A stretch of DNA of 64,000 nucleotides from the human T2T-CHM13v2.0 reference genome, Homo sapiens. Numbering within the stretch: position 1 is the stretch's first letter; each line of letters begins with the position of its first letter. The notes below the pieces were generated by a model, which did no database searches, had not been told where the DNA came from, and saw only the letters and a program-made list of their open reading frames with translations. A program made the position numbers and the translations under genes. The stretch lies in the NCBI RefSeq assembly GCF_009914755.1, contig NC_060948.1. One strand, given 5' to 3'. Shown here one piece after another: positions 19,421-41,172 of the stretch.

Positions 19421-21525
19421 AGATCCATATTTTTTAAATGAAAAAAAATTTCAAAGGTACTCTGCTTGGTACAATAATCAAATGTATAAACTGAGGAATA
19501 AAACATAACCATGAAACCTACTTATAACTGCATATGGAAAATACAGAGGATAATTTTTTAAATAACATATTTTGAAAGCCTTAACTAGTAATTTGAAGAG
19601 TTGGCATTTGAAAGGCCAGTATGAATATACCTTCAAAGCAGCAACACAGGTTCCCCATGAGAAAAAGCAAACACAGGGAAAATAAAAACACAAAGGTTCA
19701 ATCTCTTCTGACCTTTGAAAGACACAGCACAGACAGTGGTCCTTAGGACGAAGAGCAGGAGACCCCTAATTCCGTCACCATGGCGATAGGGCATAAACAT
19801 TGCTGGGTGAGGGCACAATCCACATTGTGAGGTCCAACTGCTGCCAGGAAGACAGGAGTGCTTTTACATAGACCGAAAGGTCATTGAAGGCTCAGAGTTT
19901 TGTTTCAAGAACTGAATCCCAAGCCCACACGTTATTAGGCTGCGCTTCTTAAAACAAGTTATGAGATGGGAAAAAGGGCACCCACAAACATACGTATACA
20001 TTATGTATATAATAATATACAGTATCATATATATAATATATATAACCTATGTATAATATTGTTTTACATCCTGCATCTTATGTTATATATATTGTATAAA
20101 ATATAATAATTGATAATATATAAGTTTTATAATTATACAATATGACATATAGTATATATTATAATTTATGACATATATAATATATGTTATATGTCATATA
20201 TAGAATATATTATACGGTTAATATACGTATTAAATATAAATTATACATTATATATATTATATATAATATATCTGTTATATATAATACCCATTATGCATAA
20301 TATATATATTATGTCTATGTTATATATAGTATAAAACAACATATAATAATATATAATTGTATATATAAAATGCGACATATAATATATATTATATTTTATA
20401 ACATATGTAATATATATTATATATTATATATAATACGTTGTATGTATAATACCTATATTAAATATATATTATATGACTATGTTATTAATTACATGTCACA
20501 TGTGTTATATATTATATATTTTACATAGAATATACCGGTTACATACAATATATACTATGTTACCTATAATGTATAATTTATTACATGTAAAATAAAGAAT
20601 GCAATATATTATGTATAATTTATAATATACAATATGTGGAATGTGATATATGTAACATATAATATATGATATATGATATACAGTATATGATATATAACAT
20701 ACAGTATATGATTCCTAATATATATGGTATACAATATATATTTTATTATATGTATTCTATATGTTTTATATTCTGTTATATATAACTATTTGAAATTATA
20801 TATAACTGTATAATATTTTATGTAAATATGTAATATAATATATATAACTATATAATATATTATATATAACTATATATTATGTTATATATACTTTTATAAC
20901 ATAATTTACATAAAATATCATCATATAATATATATTATATTATTTCATATTACATAATATATATTACATATCACCCAATATAACTAACATACATAATATT
21001 ATAATATAGATTATATTGTGTTATATTAAATATCATATATATCATGTATCATATATTCTATAATATATATTACACATTATATAATATGTATGTTGTCTAT
21101 TATGTGATATATATAACTATATATATAATTATATTTTTATACATATAACTGGATAAACATGTAATTCTACATATTTTCATTTATAATATGTAGAATTATA
21201 TAATCATATATAATTTTTTATATTCTATAAAAAATTTTATCATTTTATAAATTATAATATATAAAAATTATAATATGTACTACAAATATATATATTATAT
21301 ATCATATATGATATAGTACCATTGTTATATATCATAATACATATAAATGTGTATTATGTTATCTATAATTATATAATTTCATATATAAGATGTATAATAT
21401 GTATCATATATTATATATGTTATGTAATATATATAGTATATATAAGATGACACAGGATAAATATTATATACTATGACATATAAAATATATGAGGTTATAT
21501 GTTACATATAAGGCATAGCACATAA

Positions 21526-21840
<315 letters not shown>

Positions 21841-23938
21841 AGATCCATATTTTTTAAATGAAAAAAAATTTCAAAGGTACTCTGCTTGGTACAATAATCA
21901 AATGTATAAACTGAGGAATAAAACATAACCATGAAACCTACTTATAACTGCATATGGAAAATACAGAGGATAATTTTTTAAATAACATATTTTGAAAGCC
22001 TTAACTAGTAATTTGAAGAGTTGGCATTTGAAAGGCCAGTATGAATATACCTTCAAAGCAGCAACACAGGTTCCCCATGAGAAAAAGCAAACACAGGGAA
22101 AATAAAAACACAAAGGTTCAATCTCTTCTGACCTTTGAAAGACACAGCACAGACAGTGGTCCTTAGGACGAAGAGCAGGAGACCCCTAATTCCGTCACCA
22201 TGGCGATAGGGCATAAACATTGCTGGGTGAGGGCACAATCCACATTGTGAGGTCCAACTGCTGCCAGGAAGACAGGAGTGCTTTTACATAGACCGAAAGG
22301 TCATTGAAGGCTCAGAGTTTTGTTTCAAGAACTGAATCCCAAGCCCACACGTTATTAGGCTGCGCTTCTTAAAACAAGTTATGAGATGGGAAAAAGGGCA
22401 CCCACAAACATACGTATACATTATGTATATAATAATATACAGTATCATATATATAATATATATAACCTATGTATAATATTGTTTTACATCCTGCATCTTA
22501 TGTTATATATATTGTATAAAATATAATAATTGATAATATATAAGTTTTATAATTATACAATATGACATAGAGTATATATTATAATTTATGACATATATAA
22601 TATATGTTATATATCATATATAGAATATATTATACGGTTAATATACGTATTAAATATAAATTATACATTATATATATTATATATAATATATCTGTTATAT
22701 ATAATACCCATTATGCATAATATATATATTATGTCTATGTTATATATAGTATAAAACAACATATAATAATATATAATTGTATATATAAAATGCGACATAT
22801 AATATATATTATATTTTATAACATATGTAATATATATTATATATAATACGTTGTATGTATAATACCTATATTAAATATATATTATATGACTATGTTATTA
22901 ATTACATGTCACATGTGTTATATATTATATATTTTACATAGAATATACCGGTTACATACAATATATACTATGTTACCTATAATGTATAATTTATTACATG
23001 TAAAATAAAGAATGCAATATATTATGTATAATTTATAATATACAATATGTGGAATGTGATATATGTAACATATAATATATGATATATGATATACAGTATA
23101 TGATATATAACATACAATATATGATTCCTAATATATATGGTATACAATATATATTTTATGATATGTATTCTATATGTTTTATATTCTGTTATATATAACT
23201 ATTTGAAATTATATATAACTGTATAATATTTTATGTAAATATGAAATATAATATATATAACTATATAATATATTATATATAACTATATATTATGTTATAT
23301 ATACTTTTATAACATAATTTACATAAAATATCATAATATAATATATATTATATTATTTCATATTACATAATATATATTACATATCACCCAATATAACTAA
23401 CATACATAATAGTATAATATAGATTATATTATGTTATATTAAATATCATATATATCATGTATCATATATTCTATAATATATATTACACATTATATAATAT
23501 GTATGTTGTCTATTATGTGATATATATAACTATATATATAATTATATTTTTATACATATAACTAGATAAACATGTAATTCTACATATTTTCATTTATAAT
23601 ATGTAGAATTATATAATCATATATAATTATTTATATTCTATAAAAAATTTTATCATTATATAAATTATAATATATAAAAATTATAATATGTACTACAAAT
23701 ATATATATTATATATCATATATGATATAGTACCTTTGTTATATATCATAATACATATAAATGTGTATTATGTTATCTATAATTATATAATTTCATATATA
23801 AGATGTATAATATGTATCATATATTATAGATGTTATGTAATATATATAGTATATATAAGATGACACAGGATAAATATTATATACTATGACATATAAAATA
23901 TATGAGGTTATATGTTACATATAAGGCATAGCACATAA

Positions 23939-24253
<315 letters not shown>

Positions 24254-26360
24254 AGATCCATATTTTTTAAATGAAAAAAAATTTCAAAGGTACTCTGCTT
24301 GGTACAATAATCAAATGTATAAACTGAGGAATAAAACATAACCATGAAACCTACTTATAACTGCATATGGAAAATACAGAGGATAATTTTTTAAATAACA
24401 TATTTTGAAAGCCTTAACTAGTAATTTGAAGAGTTGGCATTTGAAAGGCCAGTATGAATATACCTTCAAAGCAGCAACACAGGTTCCCCATGAGAAAAAG
24501 CAAACACAGGGAAAATAAAAACACAAAGGTTCAATCTCTTCTGACCTTTGAAAGACACAGCACAGACAGTGGTCCTTAGGACGAAGAGCAGGAGACCCCT
24601 AATTCCGTCACCATGGCGATAGGGCATAAACATTGCTGGGTGAGGGCACAATCCACATTGTGAGGTCCAACTGCTGCCAGGAAGACAGGAGTGCTTTTAC
24701 ATAGACCGAAAGGTCATTGAAGGCTCAGAGTTTTGTTTCAAGAACTGAATCCCAAGCCCACACGTTATTAGGCTGCGCTTCTTAAAACAAGTTATGAGAT
24801 GGGAAAAAGGGCACCCACAAACATACGTATACATTATGTATATAATAATATACAGTATCATATATATAATATATATAACCTATGTATAATATTGTTTTGC
24901 ATCCTGCATCCTATGTTATATATATTGTATAAAATATAATAATTGATAATATATAAGCTGTATAATTATACAATATGACATATAGTATATATTATAATTT
25001 ATGACATATATAATATATGTTATATATCATATATAGAATATATTATACGGTTAATATACGTATTAAATATAAATTATACATTATATATATTATATATAAT
25101 ATATCTGTTATATATAATACCCATTATGCATAATATATATATTATGTCTATGTTATATATAGTATAAAACAACATATAATAATATATAATTGTATATATA
25201 AAATGCGACATATAATATATATTATATTTTATAACATATGTAATATATATTATATATTATATATAATACGTTGTATGTATAATACCTATATTAAATATAT
25301 ATTATATGACTATGTTATTAATTACATGTCACATGTGTTATATATTATATATTTTACATAGAATATACCGGTTACATACAATATATACTATGTTACCTAT
25401 AATGTATAATTTATTACATGTAAAATAAAGAATGCAATATATTATGTATAATTTATAATATACAATATGTGGAATGTGATATATGTAACATATAATATAT
25501 GATATATGATATACAGTATATGATATATAACATACAATATATGATTCCTAATATATATGGTATACAATATATATTTTATGATATGTATTCTATATGTTTT
25601 ATATTCTGTTATATATAACTATTTGAAATTATATATAACTGTATAATATTTTATGTAAATATGTAATATAATATATATAACTATATAATATATTATATAT
25701 AACTATATATTATGTTATATATACTTTTATAACATAATTTACATAAAATATCATAATATAATATATATTATAATATTTCATATTACATAATATATATTAC
25801 ATATCACCCAATATAACTAACATACATAATATTATAATATAGATTATATTATGTTATATTAAATATCATATATATCATGTATCATATATTCTATAATATA
25901 TATTACACATTATATAATATGTATGTTGTCTATTATGTGATATATATAACTATATATATAATTATATTTTTATACATATAACTGGATAAACATGTAATTC
26001 TACATATTTTCATTTATAATATGTAGAATTATATAATCATATATAATTATTTATATTCTATAAAAAATTTTATCATTATATAAATTATAATATATAAAAA
26101 TTATAATATGTACTACAAATATATATATATTATATATCATATATGATATAGTACCTTTGTTATATATCATAATACATATAAATGTGTATTATGTTATCTA
26201 TAATTATATAATTTCATATATAAGATGTATAATATGTATCATATATTATATATGTTATGTAATATATATAGTATATATAAGATGACACAGGATAAATATT
26301 ATATACTATGACATATAAAATATATGAGGTTATATGTTACATATAAGGCATAGCACATAA

Positions 26361-26675
<315 letters not shown>

Positions 26676-28775
26676 AGATCCATATTTTTTAAATGAAAAA
26701 AAATTTCAAAGGTACTCTGCTTGGTACAATAATCAAATGTATAAACTGAGGAATAAAACATAACCATGAAACCTACTTATAACTGCATATGGAAAATACA
26801 GAGGATAATTTTTTAAATAACATATTTTGAAAGCCTTAACTAGTAATTTGAAGAGTTGGCATTTGAAAGGCCAGTATGAATATACCTTCAAAGCAGCAAC
26901 ACAGGTTCCCCATGAGAAAAAGCAAACACAGGGAAAATAAAAACACAAAGGTTCAATCTCTTCTGACCTTTGAAAGACACAGCACAGACAGTGGTCCTTA
27001 GGACGAAGAGCAGGAGACCCCTAATTCCGTCACCATGGCGATAGGGCATAAACATTGCTGGGTGAGGGCACAATCCACATTGTGAGGTCCAACTGCTGCC
27101 AGGAAGACAGGAGTGCTTTTACATAGACCGAAAGGTCATTGAAGGCTCAGAGTTTTGTTTCAAGAACTGAATCCCAAGCCCACACGTTATTAGGCTGCGC
27201 TTCTTAAAACAAGTTATGAGATGGGAAAAAGGGCACCCACAAACATACGTATACATTATGTATATAATAATATACAGTATCATATATATAATATATATAA
27301 CCTATGTATAATATTGTTTTACATCCTGCATCCTATGTTATATATATTGTATAAAATATAATAATTGATAATATATAAGCTGTATAATTATACAATATGA
27401 CATAGAGTATATATTATAATTTATGACATATATAATATATGTTATATATCATATATAGAATATATTATATGGTTAATATACGTATTAAATATAAATTATA
27501 CATTATATATATTATATATAATATATCTGTTATATATAATACCCATTATGCATAATATATATATTATGTCTATGTTATATATAGTATAAAACAACATATA
27601 ATAATATATAATTGTATATATAAAATGCGACATATAATATATATTATATTTTATAACATATGTAATATATATTATATATAATACGTTGTATGTATAATAC
27701 CTATATTAAATATATATTATATGACTATGTTATTAATTACATGTCACATGTGTTATATATTATATATTTTACATAGAATATACCGGTTACATACAATATA
27801 TACTATGTTACCTATAATGTATAATTTATTACATGTAAAATAAAGAATGCAATATATTATGTATAATTTATAATATACAATATGTGGAATGTGATATATG
27901 TAACATATAATATATGATATATGATATACAGTATATGATATATAACATACAATATATGATTCCTAATATATATGGTATACAATATATATTTTATGATATG
28001 TATTCTATATGTTTTATATTCTGTTATATATAACTATTTGAAATTATATATAACTGTATAATATTTTATGTAAATATGTAATATAATATATATAACTATA
28101 TAATATATTATATATAACTATATATTATGTTATATATACTTTTATAACATAATTTACATAAAATATCATAATATAATATATATTATAATATTTCATATTA
28201 CATAATATATATTACATATCACCCAATATAACTAACATACATAATATTATAATATAGATTATATTATGTTATATTAAATATCATATATATCATGTATCAT
28301 ATATTCTATAATATATATTACACATTATATAATATGTATGTTGTCTATTATGTGATATATATAACTATATATATAATTATATTTTTATACATATAACTGG
28401 ATAAACATGTAATTCTACATATTTTCATTTATAATATGTAGAATTATATAATCATATATAATTATTTATATTCTATAAAAAATTTTATCATTATATAAAT
28501 TATAATATATAAAAATTATAATATGTACTACAAATATATATATATTATATATCATATATGATATAGTACCTTTGTTATATATCATAATACATATAAATGT
28601 GTATTATGTTATCTATAATTATATAATTTCATATATAAGATGTATAATATGTATCATATATTATATATGTTATGTAATATATATAGTATATATAAGATGA
28701 CACAGGATAAATATTATATACTATGACATATAAAATATATGAGGTTATATGTTACATATAAGGCATAGCACATAA

Positions 28776-29090
<315 letters not shown>

Positions 29091-31190
29091 AGATCCATAT
29101 TTTTTAAATGAAAAAAAATTTCAAAGGTACTCTGCTTGGTACAATAATCAAATGTATAAACTGAGGAATAAAACATAACCATGAAACCTACTTATAACTG
29201 CATATGGAAAATACAGAGGATAATTTTTTAAATAACATATTTTGAAAGCCTTAACTAGTAATTTGAAGAGTTGGCATTTGAAAGGCCAGTATGAATATAC
29301 CTTCAAAGCAGCAACACAGGTTCCCCATGAGAAAAAGCAAACACAGGGAAAATAAAAACACAAAGGTTCAATCTCTTCTGACCTTTGAAAGACACAGCAC
29401 AGACAGTGGTCCTTAGGACGAAGAGCAGGAGACCCCTAATTCCGTCACCATGGCGATAGGGCATAAACATTGCTGGGTGAGGGCACAATCCACATTGTGA
29501 GGTCCAACTGCTGCCAGGAAGACAGGAGTGCTTTTACATAGACCGAAAGGTCATTGAAGGCTCAGAGTTTTGTTTCAAGAACTGAATCCCAAGCCCACAC
29601 GTTATTAGGCTGCGCTTCTTAAAACAAGTTATGAGATGGGAAAAAGGGCACCCACAAACATACGTATACATTATGTATATAATAATATACAGTATCATAT
29701 ATATAATATATATAACCTATGTATAATATTGTTTTACATCCTGCATCTTATGTTATATATATTGTATAAAATATAATAATTGATAATATATAAGTTTTAT
29801 AATTATACAATATGACATAGAGTATATATTATAATTTATGACATATATAATATATGTTATATATCATATATAGAATATATTATACGGTTAATATACGTAT
29901 TAAATATAAATTATACATTATATATATTATATATAATATATCTGTTATATATAATACCCATTATGCATAATATATATATTATGTCTATGTTATATATAGT
30001 ATAAAACAACATATAATAATATATAATTGTATATATAAAATGCGACATATAATATATATTATATTTTATAACATATGTAATATATATTATATATAATACG
30101 TTGTATGTATAATACCTATATTAAATATATATTATATGACTATGTTATTAATTACATGTCACATGTGTTATATATTATATATTTTACATAGAATATACCG
30201 GTTACATACAATATATACTATGTTACCTATAATGTATAATTTATTACATGTAAAATAAAGAATGCAATATATTATGTATAATTTATAATATACAATATGT
30301 GGAATGTGATATATGTAACATATAATATATGATATATGATATACAGTATATGATATATAACATACAATATATGATTCCTAATATATATGGTATACAATAT
30401 ATATTTTATGATATGTATTCTATATGTTTTATATTCTGTTATATATAACTATTTGAAATTATATATAACTGTATAATATTTTATGTAAATATGTAATATA
30501 ATATATATAACTATATAATATATTATATATAACTATATATTATGTTATATATACTTTTATAACATAATTTACATAAAATATCATAATATAATATATATTA
30601 AATTATTTCATATTACATAATATATATTACATATCACCCAATATAACTAACATACATAATATTATAATATAGATTATATTATGTTATATTAAATATCATA
30701 TATATCATGTATCATATATTCTATAATATATATTACACATTATATAATATGTATGTTGTCTATTATGTGATATATATAACTATATATATAATTATATTTT
30801 TATACATATAACTGGATAAACATGTAATTCTACATATTTTCATTTATAATATGTAGAATTATATAATCATATATAATTATTTATATTCTATAAAAAATTT
30901 TATCATTATATAAATTATAATATATAAAAATTATAATATGTACTACAAATATATATATATTATATATCATATATGATATAGTACCTTTGTTATATATCAT
31001 AATACATATAAATGTGTATTATGTTATCTATAATTATATAATTTCATATATAAGATGTATAATATGTATCATATATTATATATGTTATGTAATATATATA
31101 GTATATATAAGATGACACAGGATAAATATTATATACTATGACATATAAAATATATGAGGTTATATGTTACATATAAGGCATAGCACATAA

Positions 31191-31505
<315 letters not shown>

Positions 31506-33605
31506 AGATCCATATTTTTTAAATGAAAAAAAATTTCAAAGGTACTCTGCTTGGTACAATAATCAAATGTATAAACTGAGGAATAAAACATAACCATGAA
31601 ACCTACTTATAACTGCATATGGAAAATACAGAGGATAATTTTTTAAATAACATATTTTGAAAGCCTTAACTAGTAATTTGAAGAGTTGGCATTTGAAAGG
31701 CCAGTATGAATATACCTTCAAAGCAGCAACACAGGTTCCCCATGAGAAAAAGCAAACACAGGGAAAATAAAAACACAAAGGTTCAATCTCTTCTGACCTT
31801 TGAAAGACACAGCACAGACAGTGGTCCTTAGGACGAAGAGCAGGAGACCCCTAATTCCGTCACCATGGCGATAGGGCATAAACATTGCTGGGTGAGGGCA
31901 CAATCCACATTGTGAGGTCCAACTGCTGCCAGGAAGACAGGAGTGCTTTTACATAGACCGAAAGGTCATTGAAGGCTCAGAGTTTTGTTTCAAGAACTGA
32001 ATCCCAAGCCCACACGTTATTAGGCTGCGCTTCTTAAAACAAGTTATGAGATGGGAAAAAGGGCACCCACAAACATACGTATACATTATGTATATAATAA
32101 TATACAGTATCATATATATAATATATATAACCTATGTATAATATTGTTTTACATCCTGCATCTTATGTTATATATATTGTATAAAATATAATAATTGATA
32201 ATATATAAGTTTTATAATTATACAATATGACATAGAGTATATATTATAATTTATGACATATATAATATATGTTATATATCATATATAGAATATATTATAC
32301 GGTTAATATACGTATTAAATATAAATTATACATTATATATATTATATATAATATATCTGTTATATATAATACCCATTATGCATAATATATATATTATGTC
32401 TATGTTATATATAGTATAAAACAACATATAATAATATATAATTGTATATATAAAATGCGACATATAATATATATTATATTTTATAACATATGTAATATAT
32501 ATTATATATAATACGTTGTATGTATAATACCTATATTAAATATATATTATATGACTATGTTATTAATTACATGTCACATGTGTTATATATTATATATTTT
32601 ACATAGAATATACCGGTTACATACAATATATACTATGTTACCTATAATGTATAATTTATTACATGTAAAATAAAGAATGCAATATATTATGTATAATTTA
32701 TAATATACAATATGTGGAATGTGATATATGTAACATATAATATATGATATATGATATACAGTATATGATATATAACATACAATATATGATTCCTAATATA
32801 TATGGTATACAATATATATTTTATGATATGTATTCTATATGTTTTATATTCTGTTATATATAACTATTTGAAATTATATATAACTGTATAATATTTTATG
32901 TAAATATGTAATATAATATATATAACTATATAATATATTATATATAACTATATATTATGTTATATATACTTTTATAACATAATTTACATAAAATATCATA
33001 ATATAATATATATTATAATATTTCATATTAAATAATATATATTACATATCACCCAATATAACTAACATACATAATATTATAATATAGATTATATTATGTT
33101 ATATTAAATATCATATATATCATGTATCATATATTCTATAATATATATTACACATTATATAATATGTATGTTGTCTATTATGTGATATATATAACTATAT
33201 ATATAATTATATTTTTATACATATAACTGGATAAACATGTAATTCTACATATTTTCATTTATAATATGTAGAATTATATAATCATATATAATTATTTATA
33301 TTCTATAAAAAATTTTATCATTATATAAATTATAATATATAAAAATTATAATATGTACTACAAATATATATATATTATATATCATATATGATATAGTACC
33401 TTTGTTATATATCATAATACATATAAATGTGTATTATGTTATCTATAATTATATAATTTCATATATAAGATGTATAATATGTATCATATATTATATATGT
33501 TATGTAATATATATAGTATATATAAGATGACACAGGATAAATATTATATACTATGACATATAAAATATATGAGGTTATATGTTACATATAAGGCATAGCA
33601 CATAA

Positions 33606-33920
<315 letters not shown>

Positions 33921-36020
33921 AGATCCATATTTTTTAAATGAAAAAAAATTTCAAAGGTACTCTGCTTGGTACAATAATCAAATGTATAAACTGAGGAATA
34001 AAACATAACCATGAAACCTACTTATAACTGCATATGGAAAATACAGAGGATAATTTTTTAAATAACATATTTTGAAAGCCTTAACTAGTAATTTGAAGAG
34101 TTGGCATTTGAAAGGCCAGTATGAATATACCTTCAAAGCAGCAACACAGGTTCCCCATGAGAAAAAGCAAACACAGGGAAAATAAAAACACAAAGGTTCA
34201 ATCTCTTCTGACCTTTGAAAGACACAGCACAGACAGTGGTCCTTAGGACGAAGAGCAGGAGACCCCTAATTCCGTCACCATGGCGATAGGGCATAAACAT
34301 TGCTGGGTGAGGGCACAATCCACATTGTGAGGTCCAACTGCTGCCAGGAAGACAGGAGTGCTTTTACATAGACCGAAAGGTCATTGAAGGCTCAGAGTTT
34401 TGTTTCAAGAACTGAATCCCAAGCCCACACGTTATTAGGCTGCGCTTCTTAAAACAAGTTATGAGATGGGAAAAAGGGCACCCACAAACATACGTATACA
34501 TTATGTATATAATAATATACAGTATCATATATATAATATATATAACCTATGTATAATATTGTTTTACATCCTGCATCTTATGTTATATATATTGTATAAA
34601 ATATAATAATTGATAATATATAAGTTTTATAATTATACAATATGACATAGAGTATATATTATAATTTATGACATATATAATATATGTTATATATCATATA
34701 TAGAATATATTATACGGTTAATATACGTATTAAATATAAATTATACATTATATATATTATATATAATATATCTGTTATATATAATACCCATTATGCATAA
34801 TATATATATTATGTCTATGTTATATATAGTATAAAACAACATATAATAATATATAATTGTATATATAAAATGCGACATATAATATATATTATATTTTATA
34901 ACATATGTAATATATATTATATATAATACGTTGTATGTATAATACCTATATTAAATATATATTATATGACTATGTTATTAATTACATGTCACATGTGTTA
35001 TATATTATATATTTTACATAGAATATACCGGTTACATACAATATATACTATGTTACCTATAATGTATAATTTATTACATGTAAAATAAAGAATGCAATAT
35101 ATTATGTATAATTTATAATATACAATATGTGGAATGTGATATATGTAACATATAATATATGATATATGATATACAGTATATGATATATAACATACAATAT
35201 ATGATTCCTAATATATATGGTATACAATATATATTTTATGATATGTATTCTATATGTTTTATATTCTGTTATATATAACTATTTGAAATTATATATAACT
35301 GTATAATATTTTATGTAAATATGTAATATAATATATATAACTATATAATATATTATATATAACTATATATTATGTTATATATACTTTTATAACATAATTT
35401 ACATAAAATATCATAATATAATATATATTATAATATTTCATATTACATAATATATATTACATATCACCCAATATAACTAACATACATAATATTATAATAT
35501 AGATTATATTATGTTATATTAAATATCATATATATCATGTATGATATATTCTATAATATATATTACACATTATATAATATGTATGTTGTCTATTATGTGA
35601 TATATGTAACTATATATATAATTATATTTTTATACATATAACTGGATAAACATGTAATTCTACATATTTTCATTTATAATATGTAGAATTATATAATCAT
35701 ATATAATTATTTATATTCTATAAAAAATTTTATCATTATATAAATTATAATATATAAAAATTATAATATGTACTACAAATATATATATATTATATATCAT
35801 ATATGATATAGTACCTTTGTTATATATCATAATACATATAAATGTGTATTATGTTATCTATAATTATATAATTTCATATATAAGATGTATAATATGTATC
35901 ATATATTATATATGTTATGTAATATATATAGTATATATAAGATGACACAGGATAAATATTATATACTATGACATATAAAATATATGAGGTTATATGTTAC
36001 ATATAAGGCATAGCACATAA

Positions 36021-36335
<315 letters not shown>

Positions 36336-38435
36336 AGATCCATATTTTTTAAATGAAAAAAAATTTCAAAGGTACTCTGCTTGGTACAATAATCAAATGT
36401 ATAAACTGAGGAATAAAACATAACCATGAAACCTACTTATAACTGCATATGGAAAATACAGAGGATAATTTTTTAAATAACATATTTTGAAAGCCTTAAC
36501 TAGTAATTTGAAGAGTTGGCATTTGAAAGGCCAGTATGAATATACCTTCAAAGCAGCAACACAGGTTCCCCATGAGAAAAAGCAAACACAGGGAAAATAA
36601 AAACACAAAGGTTCAATCTCTTCTGACCTTTGAAAGACACAGCACAGACAGTGGTCCTTAGGACGAAGAGCAGGAGACCCCTAATTCCGTCACCATGGCG
36701 ATAGGGCATAAACATTGCTGGGTGAGGGCACAATCCACATTGTGAGGTCCAACTGCTGCCAGGAAGACAGGAGTGCTTTTACATAGACCGAAAGGTCATT
36801 GAAGGCTCAGAGTTTTGTTTCAAGAACTGAATCCCAAGCCCACACGTTATTAGGCTGCGCTTCTTAAAACAAGTTATGAGATGGGAAAAAGGGCACCCAC
36901 AAACATACGTATACATTATGTATATAATAATATACAGTATCATATATATAATATATATAACCTATGTATAATATTGTTTTACATCCTGCATCTTATGTTA
37001 TATATATTGTATAAAATATAATAATTGATAATATATAAGTTTTATAATTATACAATATGACATAGAGTATATATTATAATTTATGACATATATAATATAT
37101 GTTATATATCATATATAGAATATATTATACGGTTAATATACGTATTAAATATAAATTATACATTATATATATTATATATAATATATCTGTTATATATAAT
37201 ACCCATTATGCATAATATATATATTATGTCTATGTTATATATAGTATAAAACAACATATAATAATATATAATTGTATATATAAAATGCGACATATAATAT
37301 ATATTATATTTTATAACATATGTAATATATATTATATATAATACGTTGTATGTATAATACCTATATTAAATATATATTATATGACTATGTTATTAATTAC
37401 ATGTCACATGTGTTATATATTATATATTTTACATAGAATATACCGGTTACATACAATATATACTATGTTACCTATAATGTATAATTTATTACATGTAAAA
37501 TAAAGAATGCAATATATTATGTATAATTTATAATATACAATATGTGGAATGTGATATATGTAACATATAATATATGATATATGATATACAGTATATGATA
37601 TATAACATACAATATATGATTCCTAATATATATGGTATACAATATATATTTTATGATATGTATTCTATATGTTTTATATTCTGTTATATATAACTATTTG
37701 AAATTATATATAACTGTATAATATTTTATGTAAATATGTAATATAATATATATAACTATATAATATATTATATATAACTATATATTATGTTATATATACT
37801 TTTATAACATAATTTACATAAAATATCATAATATAATATATATTATAATATTTCATATTACATAATATATATTACATATCACCCAATATAACTAACATAC
37901 ATAATATTATAATATAGATTATATTATGTTATATTAAATATCATATATATCATGTATCATATATTCTATAATATATATTACACATTATATAATATGTATG
38001 TTGTCTATTATGTGATATATGTAACTATATATATAATTATATTTTTATACATATAACTGGATAAACATGTAATTCTACATATTTTCATTTATAATATGTA
38101 GAATTATATAATCATATATAATTATTTATATTCTATAAAAAATTTTATCATTATATAAATTATAATATATAAAAATTATAATATGTACTACAAATATATA
38201 TATATTATATATCATATATGATATAGTACCTTTGTTATATATCATAATACATATAAATGTGTATTATGTTATCTATAATTATATAATTTCATATATAAGA
38301 TGTATAATATGTATCATATATTATATATGTTATGTAATATATATAGTATATATAAGATGACACAGGATAAATATTATATACTATGACATATAAAATATAT
38401 GAGGTTATATGTTACATATAAGGCATAGCACATAA

Positions 38436-38750
<315 letters not shown>

Positions 38751-40857
38751 AGATCCATATTTTTTAAATGAAAAAAAATTTCAAAGGTACTCTGCTTGGT
38801 ACAATAATCAAATGTATAAACTGAGGAATAAAACATAACCATGAAACCTACTTATAACTGCATATGGAAAATACAGAGGATAATTTTTTAAATAACATAT
38901 TTTGAAAGCCTTAACTAGTAATTTGAAGAGTTGGCATTTGAAAGGCCAGTATGAATATACCTTCAAAGCAGCAACACAGGTTCCCCATGAGAAAAAGCAA
39001 ACACAGGGAAAATAAAAACACAAAGGTTCAATCTCTTCTGACCTTTGAAAGACACAGCACAGACAGTGGTCCTTAGGACGAAGAGCAGGAGACCCCTAAT
39101 TCCGTCACCATGGCGATAGGGCATAAACATTGCTGGGTGAGGGCACAATCCACATTGTGAGGTCCAACTGCTGCCAGGAAGACAGGAGTGCTTTTACATA
39201 GACCGAAAGGTCATTGAAGGCTCAGAGTTTTGTTTCAAGAACTGAATCCCAAGCCCACACGTTATTAGGCTGCGCTTCTTAAAACAAGTTATGAGATGGG
39301 AAAAAGGGCACCCACAAACATACGTATACATTATGTATATAATAATATACAGTATCATATATATAATATATATAACCTATGTATAATATTGTTTTACATC
39401 CTGCATCCTATGTTATATATATTGTATAAAATATAATAATTGATAATATATAAGCTGTATAATTATACAATATGACATATAGTATATATTATAATTTATG
39501 ACATATATAATATATGTTATATATCATATATAGAATATATTATATGGTTAATATACGTATTAAATATAAATTATACATTATATATATTATATATAATATA
39601 TCTGTTATATATAATACCCATTATGCATAATATATATATTATGTCTATGTTATTTATAGTATAAAACAACATATAATAATATATAATTGTATATATAAAA
39701 TGCGACATATAATATATATTATATTTTATAACATATGTAGTATATATTATATATTATATATAATACGTTGTATGTATAATACCTATATTAAATATATATT
39801 ATATGACTATGTTATTAATTACATGTCACATGTGTTATATATTATATATTTTACATAGAATATACCGGTTACATACAATATATACTATGTTACCTATAAT
39901 GTATAATTTATTACATGTAAAATAAAGAATGCAATATATTATGTATAATTTATAATATACAATATGTGGAATGTGATATATGTAACATATAATATATGAT
40001 ATATGATATACAGTATATGATATATAACATACAATATATGATTCCTAATATATATGGTATACAATATATATTTTATGATATGTATTCTATATGTTTTATA
40101 TTCTGTTATATATAACTATTTGAAATTATATATAACTGTATAATATTTTATGTAAATATGTAATATAATATATATAACTATATAATATATTATATATAAC
40201 TATATATTATGTTATATATACTTTTATAACATAATTTACATAAAATATCATAATATAATATATATTATAATATTTCATATTACATAATATATATTACATA
40301 TCACCCAATATAACTAACATACATAATATTATAATATAGATTATATTATGTTATATTAAATATCATATATATCATGTATCATATATTCTATAATATATAT
40401 TACACATTATATAATATGTATGTTGTCTATTATGTGATATATATAACTATATATATAATTATATTTTTATACATATAACTGGATAAACATGTAATTCTAC
40501 ATATTTTCATTTATAATATGTAGAATTATATAATCATATATAATTATTTATATTCTATAAAAAATTTTATCATTATATAAATTATAATATATAAAAATTA
40601 TAATATGTACTACAAATATATATATATTATATATCATATATGATATAGTACCTTTGTTATATATCATAATACATATAAATGTGTATTATGTTATCTATAA
40701 TTATATAATTTCATATATAAGATGTATAATATGTATCATATATTATATATGTTATGTAATATATATAGTATATATAAGATGACACAGGATAAATATTATA
40801 TACTATGACATATAAAATATATGAGGTTATATGTTACATATAAGGCATAGCACATAA

Positions 40858-41172
<315 letters not shown>
